Source: Candidatus Latescibacterota bacterium
GTDB taxonomy: Bacteria > Latescibacterota > UBA2968 > GCA-2709665
Reading direction: 5' to 3'
Assembly (NCBI GenBank): GCA_965222075.1
Contig: OZ244937.1
Span: 3,232,001-3,296,000 of the forward strand
DNA length: 64,000 nt
Made by a program: the position numbers and the translations under genes. The notes below the pieces were generated by a model. The model was not told the origin of the DNA and did no database searches. It was given only the letters and a program-made list of their open reading frames with translations. Of this stretch, positions 39,397 through 50,175 are shown piece by piece (within the stretch, counting starts at the first letter, position 1; the number at the start of each line of letters is the position of its first letter).

Positions 39397-39436
39397 AGTC
39401 GGGGGTCTGGATTCAGGAATCAGGGAAAAGCAACCG

Positions 39437-41173
39437 ATGGACACAGGTGGACACAGACCTGTCTGTGCCAAGCCGGCAGACAGGTGGGCAAAGGGCGCGG
39501 TGGCAGCCGCGCTTGTTTTATTCGCAGCCTGCGCCCGGCAGGCACCACCGCCGGGGGGGCCGCCCGACAGAACCCCGCCAGGGGTGGTGTGGACGGTTCC
39601 GGCGGCTGATTCGGCGGGGGTCGGTCCGAAGACGAGCATCCGGATCGGGTTTAGCGAAGCGATGGACCGGCGCTCGGTTGAGCGGGCGGTATTTATCTCT
39701 CCCCGATTCTCCAGGGAGCCCGATTTTCGGTGGCACGGCCAGGAACTGGAGGTCCGGCCGTCCGAGGACCTCCGGCCCGACCGGACCTATCTGATCACGG
39801 TGGGGGCCGAGAGCGCCGATGAGGCGCGCAATCGGATGGTTGAGTCTTACAGTTTCGCGTTTGCCACCGGGTTGACCCTCAATCGGGGGGAGATCGTGGG
39901 GCGCGTTTTTTCACCTCTGGAGGGGCCATCGGGGCAGACCTACGTTTGGGCCTACGAATTGCCGGAGGGGGAGGGCCCCGATCCGGCAAGCGATCCGCCC
40001 GCCTATGTCACCCAGCCGGGTGCAGGGGGGGACTACCGGTTCCCCCGTCTGGGGCCGGGCCGGTACCGGATTTTTGCGTTTGAAGACCGCAACGGGAATC
40101 AGGCCTACACCCCGGGGACCGATCCCTTGGCTGTCCCTCCGGCCGAACTTCCCCTCCTCAAGGACGCCGACCGGGTGCGCCTGGGGTCCCTCAAGATGGC
40201 CCTGCGGGATACGATACCGCCCCGCTTCTTGTCGGGGCGGACGCCGGATGGGAGGCACTTTTTGCTCCGTTTTGACGAGCCGGTAAGCCCGCCTGCGAAG
40301 ATGCACGTTAAGGGCCCCGAAGGCCTGCTGAAGGTGCTGGCCCTGACTTGCGATCCGGGCGATTCGAGCCGGGTGTGGCTCTTGACAGCCCCTCAGAAGG
40401 CCGGGGCCGATTACCGGATCGATCTGGGAGGGATTAGAGATCGAGCCGGCAACAGGATTCCCGCCGGCGTGGAGGTCCAGGTAAAAGGCGATGGAGCGCC
40501 CGACCGCCGGGCGCCCACGTCGGTCTCCCATTTCCCTGCGCTTGAGGCCCGCTACATCTCCCCTGATGCACCCCTTCTGATCGATTTCAGCGAGGCGATG
40601 GCGGCTGTTGTTCCGGTCGATTTCTGGGTCTTTTCCGACAGTACGGTTGCGCCGGCCGGGCATTTTTCCTGGACCGCCCCCAACCGGCTGCGGTTTACAT
40701 CGGCCACACCCTGGTCCCCCGGAGAGACCTACCGCCTGCTGGGCCGTCTGGAGGGGCTTGCGGACCCTTCCGGGAATGCCCTGGAGACGCCCCTTGCGTT
40801 TAAGTTCACGGTTTCCGCTTTGGAAGATCTGGGCGATTTAAGCGGCGCTGTTGTTCCTGCCGATGCGACGGTTGTGATTGAGGCCCGGCGGCTTTCGCCT
40901 CCAGAGCGGGCCTATGAGGCGGAGGTGGCGCCGGGCGATTCCCTCTACGCCCTCATCGGGCTTATCCCGGGGCGCTACCAGGTCACCGGTTTTCTGGATC
41001 GGGACGGGGATGGACACTGGTCGCCGGGAGAGCCCCGACCCTTTATGCCCGCCGAGCCGCTAACCGATCTGCCGGATACGCTGGAGGTCCGCCCCCGCTG
41101 GGACATGGAATCGGAGCGGCGGTTGCGCACAGAGGCCTGGTATCCGCTATCTGAGCCCCCCCCGGAGGACTAA
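39437..41173 (+). CDS. Ig-like (Big_5-type) domain lipoprotein (start uncertain)
   Basis: Lipobox FAAC followed by ARQAPPPGGPPDRTPP; repeated FSEAM / D.AGN Ig motifs. Confidence 0.82.
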   Translation: MDTGGHRPVCAKPADRWAKGAVAAALVLFAACARQAPPPGGPPDRTPPGVVWTVPAADSAGVGPKTSIRIGFSEAMDRRSVERAVFISPRFSREPDFRWHGQELEVRPSEDLRPDRTYLITVGAESADEARNRMVESYSFAFATGLTLNRGEIVGRVFSPLEGPSGQTYVWAYELPEGEGPDPASDPPAYVTQPGAGGDYRFPRLGPGRYRIFAFEDRNGNQAYTPGTDPLAVPPAELPLLKDADRVRLGSLKMALRDTIPPRFLSGRTPDGRHFLLRFDEPVSPPAKMHVKGPEGLLKVLALTCDPGDSSRVWLLTAPQKAGADYRIDLGGIRDRAGNRIPAGVEVQVKGDGAPDRRAPTSVSHFPALEARYISPDAPLLIDFSEAMAAVVPVDFWVFSDSTVAPAGHFSWTAPNRLRFTSATPWSPGETYRLLGRLEGLADPSGNALETPLAFKFTVSALEDLGDLSGAVVPADATVVIEARRLSPPERAYEAEVAPGDSLYALIGLIPGRYQVTGFLDRDGDGHWSPGEPRPFMPAEPLTDLPDTLEVRPRWDMESERRLRTEAWYPLSEPPPED

Positions 41174-41175
41174 CC

Positions 41176-41568
41176 GTGTCGGTTCCTCACAAACGCCGTA
41201 TTTCGGTTCCGCAGGCGGTTGTTGCCGGCCTCTTGCTGCTGATTCTCTTTACCCTGCTGGTCTACCGGTTTACCTCCCGTTCTGTCGCCGATGAAGAACG
41301 CGCACGCGCACGCATCACGCTCCGGACGATCTACCGGCTCCAGCAGGCCTACTTTGGGGAATACGGAACTTATTTGCCAATAGATCGTGAAAAAAACAGA
41401 GAAATTCTGAAGTTGAACGATGTGCCGGGACAGTTCCGGTACCAGGTGGTAGTCGCAGACTCCGCGTTCGTCGCTGTTGCCCAGGCCGACCTGGACGGTG
41501 ACGGCGAAGTTGAGGTCTGGCAGATCGATCAGAGGCATCTCGAACCGTTCCTCAAAAGACAGGATTGA
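41176..41568 (+). CDS. Pilin-like single-TM protein
   Basis: N-terminal hydrophobic helix, then AR..L..IY..QQAYFGEYGTY and A.ADLDGDG...W.ID. Confidence 0.6.
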   Translation: MSVPHKRRISVPQAVVAGLLLLILFTLLVYRFTSRSVADEERARARITLRTIYRLQQAYFGEYGTYLPIDREKNREILKLNDVPGQFRYQVVVADSAFVAVAQADLDGDGEVEVWQIDQRHLEPFLKRQD

Positions 41569-41571
41569 GCC

Positions 41572-44055
41572 GTGCGTCTGAAGCTGTTCCCCATTTTTCC
41601 CTTGCTATTTGTTTTTGCCGTTCCTTCGTTTGGGTTCCTGCTCCAGATCAATCAGAACGAGCAGGGCCGCATCGTGACGGCTCACTGGCCTGCAACAAAT
41701 GTCAGGAATGGGATCTCCTTCTGGGTGGATGCGGAGAGTTTCCCTTTTTCCGAAGGGGAAGTACTCCAGATTGTCCGGGACAGCTTTGACGCCTGGGAGG
41801 CGGTCGAGAGCGCCTCTATCGGGTTTCAGGACCGGGGGACGGGCAAGTTTCGGGCTTCAACGACGGACCGGAGAAATGTGATTGTCTACGATGCCACCGG
41901 TGAGGAGGTCGACGCGCCCCGGGAGGTCGGCATTCTGGCCTTTACCCGGATCAACTGGAACGAGCGGGGGGAGATTATCGATGCGGATATTGTTTTTAAC
42001 GGGGGAGGAGAGGGCCGGTTTTCTACCGATCAGACGGGTTCCCAACGGGGGGGGGTCGACCTTCAGGGTGTGATGACCCACGAGATCGGGCATTTTCTGG
42101 GGTTGGGGCATACGCCCTTACAGGGTTCCTTGTCGGTACGCCCGACGATGTACCCTTTCTTTTTTGGCGGGGAGCGTTCGCTGGAGCCGGACGACAGGGC
42201 AGGGGTCTCCGCCCTGTACCCTTCCCCTGCTGCGCTCAACAACGGCGCGATTTCGGGACAGGTGACCCACCCGGACGGACGGGGGGCGTTCGGCGTGCAC
42301 GTGGTGGCCTACACAACCGACACGGAGACGTTCGTGGTCAGCGCCCTTTCGGGGGCTGCCGGGGACGGAGGTGGACGCTATAAGATTTCGGGGCTGCCGC
42401 CCGGGGATTACCAGGTGGCCATCGAGCCTCTGATCGGCTCTGTGACCTCCAGGAACTTCGGGGGGATTTTCAGCCGGGGCTTGGATACGGATTTCCCCCG
42501 CGAGTTCTACGACAATGCGACACTGCAGCGCATCGCACAGGTGATCCGGGTGAGCCCGGGACGGGTGGTGGATGGGGTCGACTTCACCCTGGGTGCGGCT
42601 GTGGCCGGATTTCCCTACTTACAGGATTTGGCGCTGCCTGTGAACACCCCAGACCCTGTGGGTCCCTATCGGGTGCAGGCTCGGGTTAGGGACGATGGGG
42701 GGGTGGCTTCCACCGAGCTGATCTACCGGGTTGACGCAGGACCGTTCCAGACCCTGCCGCTTGGGCGGGGAAGCGGAGATCTCTTTTTTGTGGATATTCC
42801 AGGGCAACCCCAGGGGAGCGTGGTGGAATATCGGCTACTGGCTCGGGATGGAGAGGGCAACGAGACGTCTCTCCCTGCGGAGGGGCTTCCCCTGCTGCGG
42901 TTCGAGGTGTTGAATCTATCGGGCGATCCTGTGCTTTACGTAGCGATGCGTCGTTCTCGGATACTCTCGGTGATCGATACGGGTCCAGGACAGGAGGTGG
43001 CTCGCATCCCCACGGGGGGAGAGGTGCCCCTCAGTGTGGCGCTGACCCCCGATGAGCGGTATCTGTTTGTGGCCAATACGGGTGGGGAGGTGGGAGACAA
43101 CCGGGTGAGTGTGGTGGAGACGGCCACGCACCGGCTGGCGGCGACCATCCGTGTGGGTCGTGCGCCGCTGGACATGGCGATATCGCCGGATGGTCGTTGG
43201 GTGTATGTGACCAATTCGAGGAGCCAGAGCATTTCGGTGATCGATGTGGGTGGGCTTCGGGAGGTGCGCAAGTTTGCGGTGGTGACCGCTCGGGAAGGTC
43301 CCTATGGGATTGTGGTGAGTCTGGATGGGAGGTGGCTTTATGTGACGGATATCGAGGGTGACCGGGTGCTGATCTTAAATGCCAAGACGGGTGTGGCGCA
43401 AAAGCGGATTGATGTGGTGGCCTCGCCCCGTTCGGTTGTGGTTTCCCCCGGGGGGGACCGTCTCTATGTGGCCGGATTTGAGGGGGGGATTTCGGTGGTG
43501 GATCTGGAGGCCGGTGAGGTGGTGGGGACGATTAACACGCCGTCTGCAGGGATTTTCCGGCTGGCGCTTTCGCCGGATGGAAAGCGGCTTTATGCAACGG
43601 ATCGGCTCAATGCGAATCTGCTGGTGGTAGACCTGGATCGCAACCTTGTAACTTCTGTGCTGCCAGCGCTTACCCGGGGGCGGGAGACGCGGGACCTGGT
43701 CGTTTCATCGGATGGGCGTTTGATTTATGTGGCCAACCAGGATTCCAACGATCTGCTGTTTTTCGATGCGGCCTCCCTGCAGATTGTCAAGTCCCTCAGA
43801 ATCGGTGACGGTCCACGTGGGATTGCGGTGGGGTATCGGCCGGTTGCTCGGACGCTTGAGGCTACGGCCCGTGCCGATTTTGACGGGAACGGTCAGGTGG
43901 GCTTTTCGGATTTTGTGCTGTTTGCCAGGGCCTTTGGAACGGCCCCACCCGATCCTCTATTCGAGTCCCGGTTCGACCTGGATGGGAACGGTCAGGTGGA
44001 TTTTTCGGATTTTGTGCTGTTTGCCGGGGTTTTCGGGCTGGAGCAGGGGGCCTGA
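41572..44055 (+). CDS. Secreted metzincin (matrixin-like) protease with YVTN beta-propeller and dockerin-like tail
   Basis: Signal peptide, HEIGHFLGLGH, Met-turn PTMYP, VYVTN repeats, twin DxDGNGQVxFSDFVLFA. Confidence 0.88.
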   Translation: MRLKLFPIFPLLFVFAVPSFGFLLQINQNEQGRIVTAHWPATNVRNGISFWVDAESFPFSEGEVLQIVRDSFDAWEAVESASIGFQDRGTGKFRASTTDRRNVIVYDATGEEVDAPREVGILAFTRINWNERGEIIDADIVFNGGGEGRFSTDQTGSQRGGVDLQGVMTHEIGHFLGLGHTPLQGSLSVRPTMYPFFFGGERSLEPDDRAGVSALYPSPAALNNGAISGQVTHPDGRGAFGVHVVAYTTDTETFVVSALSGAAGDGGGRYKISGLPPGDYQVAIEPLIGSVTSRNFGGIFSRGLDTDFPREFYDNATLQRIAQVIRVSPGRVVDGVDFTLGAAVAGFPYLQDLALPVNTPDPVGPYRVQARVRDDGGVASTELIYRVDAGPFQTLPLGRGSGDLFFVDIPGQPQGSVVEYRLLARDGEGNETSLPAEGLPLLRFEVLNLSGDPVLYVAMRRSRILSVIDTGPGQEVARIPTGGEVPLSVALTPDERYLFVANTGGEVGDNRVSVVETATHRLAATIRVGRAPLDMAISPDGRWVYVTNSRSQSISVIDVGGLREVRKFAVVTAREGPYGIVVSLDGRWLYVTDIEGDRVLILNAKTGVAQKRIDVVASPRSVVVSPGGDRLYVAGFEGGISVVDLEAGEVVGTINTPSAGIFRLALSPDGKRLYATDRLNANLLVVDLDRNLVTSVLPALTRGRETRDLVVSSDGRLIYVANQDSNDLLFFDAASLQIVKSLRIGDGPRGIAVGYRPVARTLEATARADFDGNGQVGFSDFVLFARAFGTAPPDPLFESRFDLDGNGQVDFSDFVLFAGVFGLEQGA

Positions 44056-44281
44056 GGGGACCGGAGGCACTACATAGGCATTGAAAACCCTCTCCAAAGA
44101 TCGTATGGTTAGCTTTAGCAGTTATCTCAACAGCGCGTGTTTGTGGGGTCCCGGAAAGATGTTTTTTCGGGGCTTTTTTGGTGTGGCAAAATAGTCCTTG
44201 TGGTTTGTTCGGCAGCATACATATATTGAGCGGGGCGATGGGGACACATCCGGGTTTTGTTCACAGGCAGAGGAGGGCGCT

Positions 44282-45142
44282 ATGATCTTTGGGGCGGGGG
44301 CGTTTACTTACAGAATTCAGGAGAGGTGGGGGCGTTTGCCGGAAGGCTGGGCGCTTGGCTGGATTCCGGCGGTGGCGGTCGATTTACAGGACCGCGTCTA
44401 CGTGTACAGCCGGAGCGAGCACCCGATGGTCGTTTTTGACCGGGAGGGGAACTTTCTCACGTTCTGGGGAGACGATGTGCTCAAGGACGCTCACGGGATC
44501 TTTATCGACGCGCAGGGCTGTGTTTACTGTGTGGAGCGGGATACCCACTGCATGCGGAAGTTCACGCCGGAAGGGGAACTGCTGATGACCCTCGGCACGC
44601 CCGATCAGAAGGGCGCGGAGGGCAGGCCGTTTCGCCGGCCGACAGACATCGGTTTCGATTCCACGGGGAACATGTACATTTCCGATGGATACGGCAACAG
44701 CCGCATCCACAAGTATACCCACGAGGGCATGTGGATCACCTCCTGGGGAACGTCGGGGGACGGACCGGGCGAGTTCGACCTGCCCCACTGCGTGCGGGTG
44801 GACCGGAACGACCGGGTGCTGGTGGCAGACCGGTCGAACAACCGGATCCAGATCTTCGATACGGAGGGGAATTATCTGACGGAGTGGGCGGGACTGCACC
44901 AGCCCGATACGGTTTTCATCGGTGAGGATGATATCGTTTACGTGGCGGAGCTGGACCACCGGGTGAGCATCTGGACCTTAGAGGGCGAGCGGCTGACGGA
45001 GTGGGGGCGGGGGGTGTCGAGCGAGGCGCCGGGGGAGTTCCTGGGGCGCCCGCACGGGATCTGGGCCGACTCGCACGGGGATCTCTACGTGGGGGAGGTA
45101 CACGCGGACGGGCGGGTACAGAAGTTCATTCGACAAAGGTAA
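44282..45142 (+). CDS. NHL-repeat protein (peptidyl-alpha-hydroxyglycine lyase-like)
   Basis: AHGI, FRRPTD, ISDGYGNSR, FDLPH, VADRSNNRIQIFD. Confidence 0.87.
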   Translation: MIFGAGAFTYRIQERWGRLPEGWALGWIPAVAVDLQDRVYVYSRSEHPMVVFDREGNFLTFWGDDVLKDAHGIFIDAQGCVYCVERDTHCMRKFTPEGELLMTLGTPDQKGAEGRPFRRPTDIGFDSTGNMYISDGYGNSRIHKYTHEGMWITSWGTSGDGPGEFDLPHCVRVDRNDRVLVADRSNNRIQIFDTEGNYLTEWAGLHQPDTVFIGEDDIVYVAELDHRVSIWTLEGERLTEWGRGVSSEAPGEFLGRPHGIWADSHGDLYVGEVHADGRVQKFIRQR

Positions 45143-45193
45143 GCATGTTCATCGGACACGTTGCCGCAGGACTTGGCGCGAACGGGAGGGCCT

Positions 45194-47926
45194 GTGGATA
45201 CGAGCAAAAAGGCGTCGGATCGGTACGCGGCGTGGGAAAAGAACAGGGATCAGGTGGCGCATCCGGCAACGGTTTACACGGCCGAGGATTTTGCCCGGGC
45301 GAAAGTGAACCTGGAACGCCACGACTGGGCGGTACGGGTGCTGGAGGGCATGAGGACGCAGGTTGCGTACACGCTGGAGCAGGGGACGGGCTACATCGAG
45401 CAGATGATTCCGGTGACCACACCGGGGGGACTTCACTTTACGAACTGTCCGGCGTGTGAGGGAAATGCGATTCACGGGGCGTACGACTGGGATGCGAAAG
45501 ATCCCGAGCGCCTGGTCTGTACGACCTGTGAGACGGTCTATCCCAACGAGAAGTATCCGGAGGATATCGCGTTTCGCGCGGACCAACACGGCGGGGGGCA
45601 GGTGGTTACCTACCACGGTGGGTATTCGTTTGAATTTCACGGGTATCACCTCCGGTCGAGCTGGACGGCGAAGATCCGCGCGCATAAGGTCTCCCACATG
45701 GCGTCGCAGGCACCGACGCTGGCGACGGTCTACGCGCTAACCGGAGATCGGGCCTATGGAGAGGCCGTGCGGGCAATCCTGCTCCGGTTTGCCGAGGTGT
45801 ATCCCAATTACCTGGTCCATTCGAGTTACGGGGAGTGGATCGACCTGCCGCCGCACACAGTGGCCGAACGGATCAACGACCTGCCGGAGGAGGAGTGGAC
45901 AATTCCGCCCAACAGGCCGGACCGGAAGCTCCAGTCGGGATACTGGAATTCGGGCCGGGCGGCTGGGTCCGGAATGGAGGGAGGGTTTATCCGCCAACTG
46001 GCGATTGCCTACGATTTCATCCACGACCTTTTAAGCGAGGAGGAGCGGCTGAAGATCGAAAAGGATCTGCTGATCGAGGGCACGGTCCTGCTGCTGGCCG
46101 ATCCGGCGCTGAACAACAAGAGCGTGACGAACCTGACGGGCGCAGGGCTGGTGGGAATGGCGGTGGGCGACCCGGGCCTGGTGCGGGCAGGCGCGAAGGG
46201 GTTCTGGCATTTTGTGAGGCACTGGTTCCTGTTCGACGGGACCACGTCGGAGTCGCCCGCGTACGGGCTGATGACGATGGGCGGCCTGAGGCAGTTCGGC
46301 GAGGCGCTGCACGGGTACAGCGATCCGGAGGGGTACAGTGCCTCAGACCGGATGGAGGACGTGGATGTGTACGGCGATGGGGACTACCGGGCGGTCTTCC
46401 GGGCGTTCTACGATACGCAGCTTCCGAATCTGAAGTTTCCGGTGTCGGCCGATTCTTACGTGTCCACGGCGCTGGATGCGCACGATGCCGAGCTGATGGT
46501 GGCCCGATACGGCGCTCCGGAGTATCGGGCGCTGCTGCGGGAGCTGTTGGACGGTCCGCCGGAGGAGACCGGCGGGGAGTACGCGCTCTTCCACCGTGAT
46601 CCTGACTTTTCCATACCGGCGGAGGATCGCGTCGTCCTTGACGATCTGTTTTTTCCGGCCCTTCGTATGGGCTATTTCAGGCGGGGCGCAGACGGACGGG
46701 ACGGAGCCGTTATTCTGGATGCCTCTCACTGGGGCGTGCACCACCACCAGGACAGCCTGAACCTGAACCTGTTTATGGAGGGGCACGAGGTTCTCACGGA
46801 TCTGGGATATCTATGGGACCGTCCCGACAAGCAGATGACGGTCCGGACGCCGGCCCACAACCTTGTGGTGGTCGACGAATCGGACCAGCGGACAGAAGGG
46901 CGTCTGGGAAGCCTCCACCTCTTTGATGTCGGACCGTATGTGAAGGTGATCGACTGTTCCTCGGCCGCATACGAACAGGCCGATCTGTACCGTCGGGCCT
47001 GCTTGCTGATCAACCACGGAAGGGATGGGTGCTATCTCGTCGATATTTTCAGCGTGTCGGGCGGGAAGACCCACGATTACCTTTTCCACGGTCCGATCCC
47101 GGGCGTTGATGCCGGGGGTATCACGCTCTCTCCGGCCGATGGACCGGCGCCTTACGATATTCAGAATGTGCAGTGTGCTAAGACAGGTGGTCCGTGGCAC
47201 CTGACCTGGCAGATGGATGCGGCGGTCCGGTTTCGGGCGTGGGCGCTGCCGGGAGCGGGAGAGGATGTGATCATCGGCGAGGGGTGGGGCGAGCGGGGGT
47301 GGGGGCACTTCAATACACCCGATAAGAAGGTGGACGTTCCCTACGTGGTCCGGCGCCGGACCGGAGAGGCCCCGGTCTCGGTTTTTGTAAGTGTGTTCGA
47401 GGTCTACGGTGGGGCGCCGCTGGTGACGGGGCTGAGACGGATGGCCGTGTCCGGAGAGGGCGTGGGGCTGGAGGTTGAGACGCGGCTGGGGAAGGATGTG
47501 ATTGTGGGCGCACTGACGCCGGAGCTTCGGCAGATCGAGACCTCGAAGGGGGCGCTGGAGACGGATGGGCGGTTTACAGTGGCGTCGCCCGGGTTCCTGT
47601 ATCTGGCCGAGGGGACAGAGGCCCGGTTTGGAAAGCGAGAAGTGACCTTGGACAGCGGGCGGCTGGAAGGGGACATGGGGGAGGTCGTGAACGGCAACGA
47701 CGCATCCTATTTCGTCGCCGCCGGCCTGCCCGATGCCGACCGGCTTTTGGACAGAGTTGTGCTTGTGGACAACGGGGAATCGACCACCGGCTACCAGGTC
47801 CGGGGCGTGGATACGGTCGACGGGGAGGGGCGGATTTATACGAAGCAAGACGGGAGGGGCTACGACATCGAGGGTGGAAAGACGTGGGCAGCGCCGCTCT
47901 CGGCATACCAGATACTGCGGGATTGA
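45194..47926 (+). CDS. Heparinase II/III-like protein with N-terminal CxxC...CxxC
   Basis: DGTTSESPAY, HHHQDSLNL, DLGY, TPAHNLVVVD; GTG start after GGAGGG. Confidence 0.8.
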   Translation: MDTSKKASDRYAAWEKNRDQVAHPATVYTAEDFARAKVNLERHDWAVRVLEGMRTQVAYTLEQGTGYIEQMIPVTTPGGLHFTNCPACEGNAIHGAYDWDAKDPERLVCTTCETVYPNEKYPEDIAFRADQHGGGQVVTYHGGYSFEFHGYHLRSSWTAKIRAHKVSHMASQAPTLATVYALTGDRAYGEAVRAILLRFAEVYPNYLVHSSYGEWIDLPPHTVAERINDLPEEEWTIPPNRPDRKLQSGYWNSGRAAGSGMEGGFIRQLAIAYDFIHDLLSEEERLKIEKDLLIEGTVLLLADPALNNKSVTNLTGAGLVGMAVGDPGLVRAGAKGFWHFVRHWFLFDGTTSESPAYGLMTMGGLRQFGEALHGYSDPEGYSASDRMEDVDVYGDGDYRAVFRAFYDTQLPNLKFPVSADSYVSTALDAHDAELMVARYGAPEYRALLRELLDGPPEETGGEYALFHRDPDFSIPAEDRVVLDDLFFPALRMGYFRRGADGRDGAVILDASHWGVHHHQDSLNLNLFMEGHEVLTDLGYLWDRPDKQMTVRTPAHNLVVVDESDQRTEGRLGSLHLFDVGPYVKVIDCSSAAYEQADLYRRACLLINHGRDGCYLVDIFSVSGGKTHDYLFHGPIPGVDAGGITLSPADGPAPYDIQNVQCAKTGGPWHLTWQMDAAVRFRAWALPGAGEDVIIGEGWGERGWGHFNTPDKKVDVPYVVRRRTGEAPVSVFVSVFEVYGGAPLVTGLRRMAVSGEGVGLEVETRLGKDVIVGALTPELRQIETSKGALETDGRFTVASPGFLYLAEGTEARFGKREVTLDSGRLEGDMGEVVNGNDASYFVAAGLPDADRLLDRVVLVDNGESTTGYQVRGVDTVDGEGRIYTKQDGRGYDIEGGKTWAAPLSAYQILRD

Positions 47927-47962
47927 GTTTGCCTAACTTGAACCATTGATTAAGGAGAGGCT

Positions 47963-49267
47963 ATGATACGGTGCGGCGCTGCTGAAGCGGATATCACGCC
48001 TTCGCCCGGATTGGTGCTCCAGGGGCACTGGAGCACCAATCCGTCCCATTCGGTGCTGTATCCGCTGGAGGTGCGGGCGGTTGTGTTCGAGCAAGACGGT
48101 ACGCGCGTGGCGATTGCGACGCTGGACGTGATCGGGGTGACGGCGGAGACGACGGCCCGCATCCGGGAGCGCGTGGAGGAGGCGTGCGGCGTTTCGGGAG
48201 AGGGCGTGATGGTTGCGTGCAGCCACACCCACTGCGCGCCGGCGGCCCTGCCGTCCCTGGGGATGACGCCTCCTGAGGGGTGGCTGGAGCGGATCGAGGA
48301 GGAGACCGTCGGGTGCATTGCCCGGGCGGGCGCCCTCCTCCAGCCGGTGACGTTCGGGGTGGGGTGCGGATCCGTGCATTTTAACACCAGCCGCCGGCCG
48401 CTTGCCAACACGTCGGGTATGGCGTTGAATTATGGGGCGATCGTGGACCGGCGGGCCCGTGTGCTGCGCGTGGAGGGAAAGGACGGGAGTCCGGTGGCGG
48501 TGCTTTTCCACTATTCGTGCCATACGACGACGAAGAGCGGGTCAGAGGGATACATTTCGCCCGATTACGCCGGGGTCGCCCGGCGGGTGATCGAGGAGCG
48601 GCTGGGGTGTAAGGCGCTGTTCTTGGCAGGATGTTTCGGCAATATCCGGGCGGCGATCACGAGCGAGACGGGCGGGTTCGGTTCGGCGACGGAGGAGCAG
48701 CTCGATGGGGTTGGAGGTGAGCTCGGCAGCGAGGTCTGCCGGGTGGCCGAGTCGCTTCGGACACGGCCGGGAATGGAGCTGCTGTCGAGGTGCAGGAAGC
48801 TGGAGGTGCCCTTTGGCGAGTTAGATCCCGAAGAAAAGCTGCGGGAGATGGCCGAGGATACGACCAGCGACCGGGGCAGGCTGCTGACCGGGCCGTGGGC
48901 ACGGAAGGTGCTGGAGATGATCGAGAAGGGGACCGTGCCGGGGAGTAAACCGACGGAGATGCAGTTTATGAGGGTGGGCCCGCTGGCCTGTATTACGATC
49001 CCGGGCGAGCCTGCGCAGGAGATCGGACACGCGATTGAGAAGCGGTTTCGGCCCGAGATAGACGCCGAAGATATCTGGCCGGTAGGGTATGCCAACGACG
49101 AGGTGGGATATCTCTGCACCGAGCGGCACCACGAGGAGGGCGGGTACGAGCCGAATGCGTATCCCTACTATGGAGAACCGGCGCGATTTAAGGACGAGGA
49201 GCGGTTGATTTTAGAGACGGCGGAGGCGCTGGTAAAGGGGAATGCATTGAGATCGGGCCGTTTATAG
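47963..49267 (+). CDS. Neutral/alkaline ceramidase-like hydrolase
   Basis: ADITP, CSHTHCAP, YSCH, SPDY.G, IPGE, GYAN...GY...EGGYE. Confidence 0.8.
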   Translation: MIRCGAAEADITPSPGLVLQGHWSTNPSHSVLYPLEVRAVVFEQDGTRVAIATLDVIGVTAETTARIRERVEEACGVSGEGVMVACSHTHCAPAALPSLGMTPPEGWLERIEEETVGCIARAGALLQPVTFGVGCGSVHFNTSRRPLANTSGMALNYGAIVDRRARVLRVEGKDGSPVAVLFHYSCHTTTKSGSEGYISPDYAGVARRVIEERLGCKALFLAGCFGNIRAAITSETGGFGSATEEQLDGVGGELGSEVCRVAESLRTRPGMELLSRCRKLEVPFGELDPEEKLREMAEDTTSDRGRLLTGPWARKVLEMIEKGTVPGSKPTEMQFMRVGPLACITIPGEPAQEIGHAIEKRFRPEIDAEDIWPVGYANDEVGYLCTERHHEEGGYEPNAYPYYGEPARFKDEERLILETAEALVKGNALRSGRL

Positions 49268-49275
49268 AGGTGTAG

Positions 49276-50175
49276 ATGAACGCGGTGGAGGAGAAGGAAA
49301 TCGGTTCGGATGCGACAGTAATCGAACGGATTGTGACCTACGGGCGGATGATCAAGTTTTCGCACAGTATTTTCGCCCTGCCGTTTGCGCTGAGTGGGGC
49401 CGCGCTGGCGGGCGCCCGGGCGGAGATCACCGTACAGCAGGTGTTCTGGATTGTGGCCGCGATGGTGGGGGCGCGCAGCGCGGCGATGGGGTTTAACCGG
49501 CTGGTGGACCGGGAGATCGATGCGGACAATCCGCGCACGGCGGTGCGTGAACTCCCCCGGGGGGCGATTTCTCCGGCGGCGGTGCGGGTCTTTGTGGGGG
49601 TCTCTTCGGCGGTGCTGGTCTTTGCGGCATACCAGCTCAATCCACTCTGTTTTGCGCTGTCGCCGGCCGCGCTGGGAATCGTGTTTTCCTACTCTTATAC
49701 CAAGCGGTTTACGTGGGCGACGCAGTTTTTCCTGGGGCTTTCTCTGGCCGTGGCGCCGATCGGGGCGTGGATAGCGATTACGGGCCGCCTGGACCCGGAG
49801 ATTCTGCTGCTGGGAGGGGCGGTGCTGTCCTGGGTGGCGGGGTTCGACGTGATTTACGCGTGCCAGGATGTCGAGTTTGACCGCAGGTACGGGCTCTATT
49901 CGATTCCCCAGCGCTTCGGAATCCGCAGGGCGCTCCTCGTGGCACGGCTGCTTCACGCCGTTTCTTTTGGATTGATGCTTGCGGTGGGCGCAGTTTTGGG
50001 GCTGGGGAAGCTCTATCTGGGGGGGGTGATTGTGGTGGGGCTGCTGATGGTGTACGAAAACCGGCTGGTGCGGCCCGCCGATCTGTCGCGGCTGCCGGTG
50101 GCTTTTATGAATATGAATGCGATCATCAGTGCGGTGTATTTTCTGTGCACGCTTGGGGATGTGCTTCTGATATGA
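49276..50175 (+). CDS. ubiA: UbiA-family polyprenyltransferase (MqnP-like)
   Basis: IKFSHSIFALPF, ARSAAMGFNRLVDREID..NPRT..R, YSYTKRF, GFD.IYACQD. Confidence 0.88.
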   Translation: MNAVEEKEIGSDATVIERIVTYGRMIKFSHSIFALPFALSGAALAGARAEITVQQVFWIVAAMVGARSAAMGFNRLVDREIDADNPRTAVRELPRGAISPAAVRVFVGVSSAVLVFAAYQLNPLCFALSPAALGIVFSYSYTKRFTWATQFFLGLSLAVAPIGAWIAITGRLDPEILLLGGAVLSWVAGFDVIYACQDVEFDRRYGLYSIPQRFGIRRALLVARLLHAVSFGLMLAVGAVLGLGKLYLGGVIVVGLLMVYENRLVRPADLSRLPVAFMNMNAIISAVYFLCTLGDVLLI

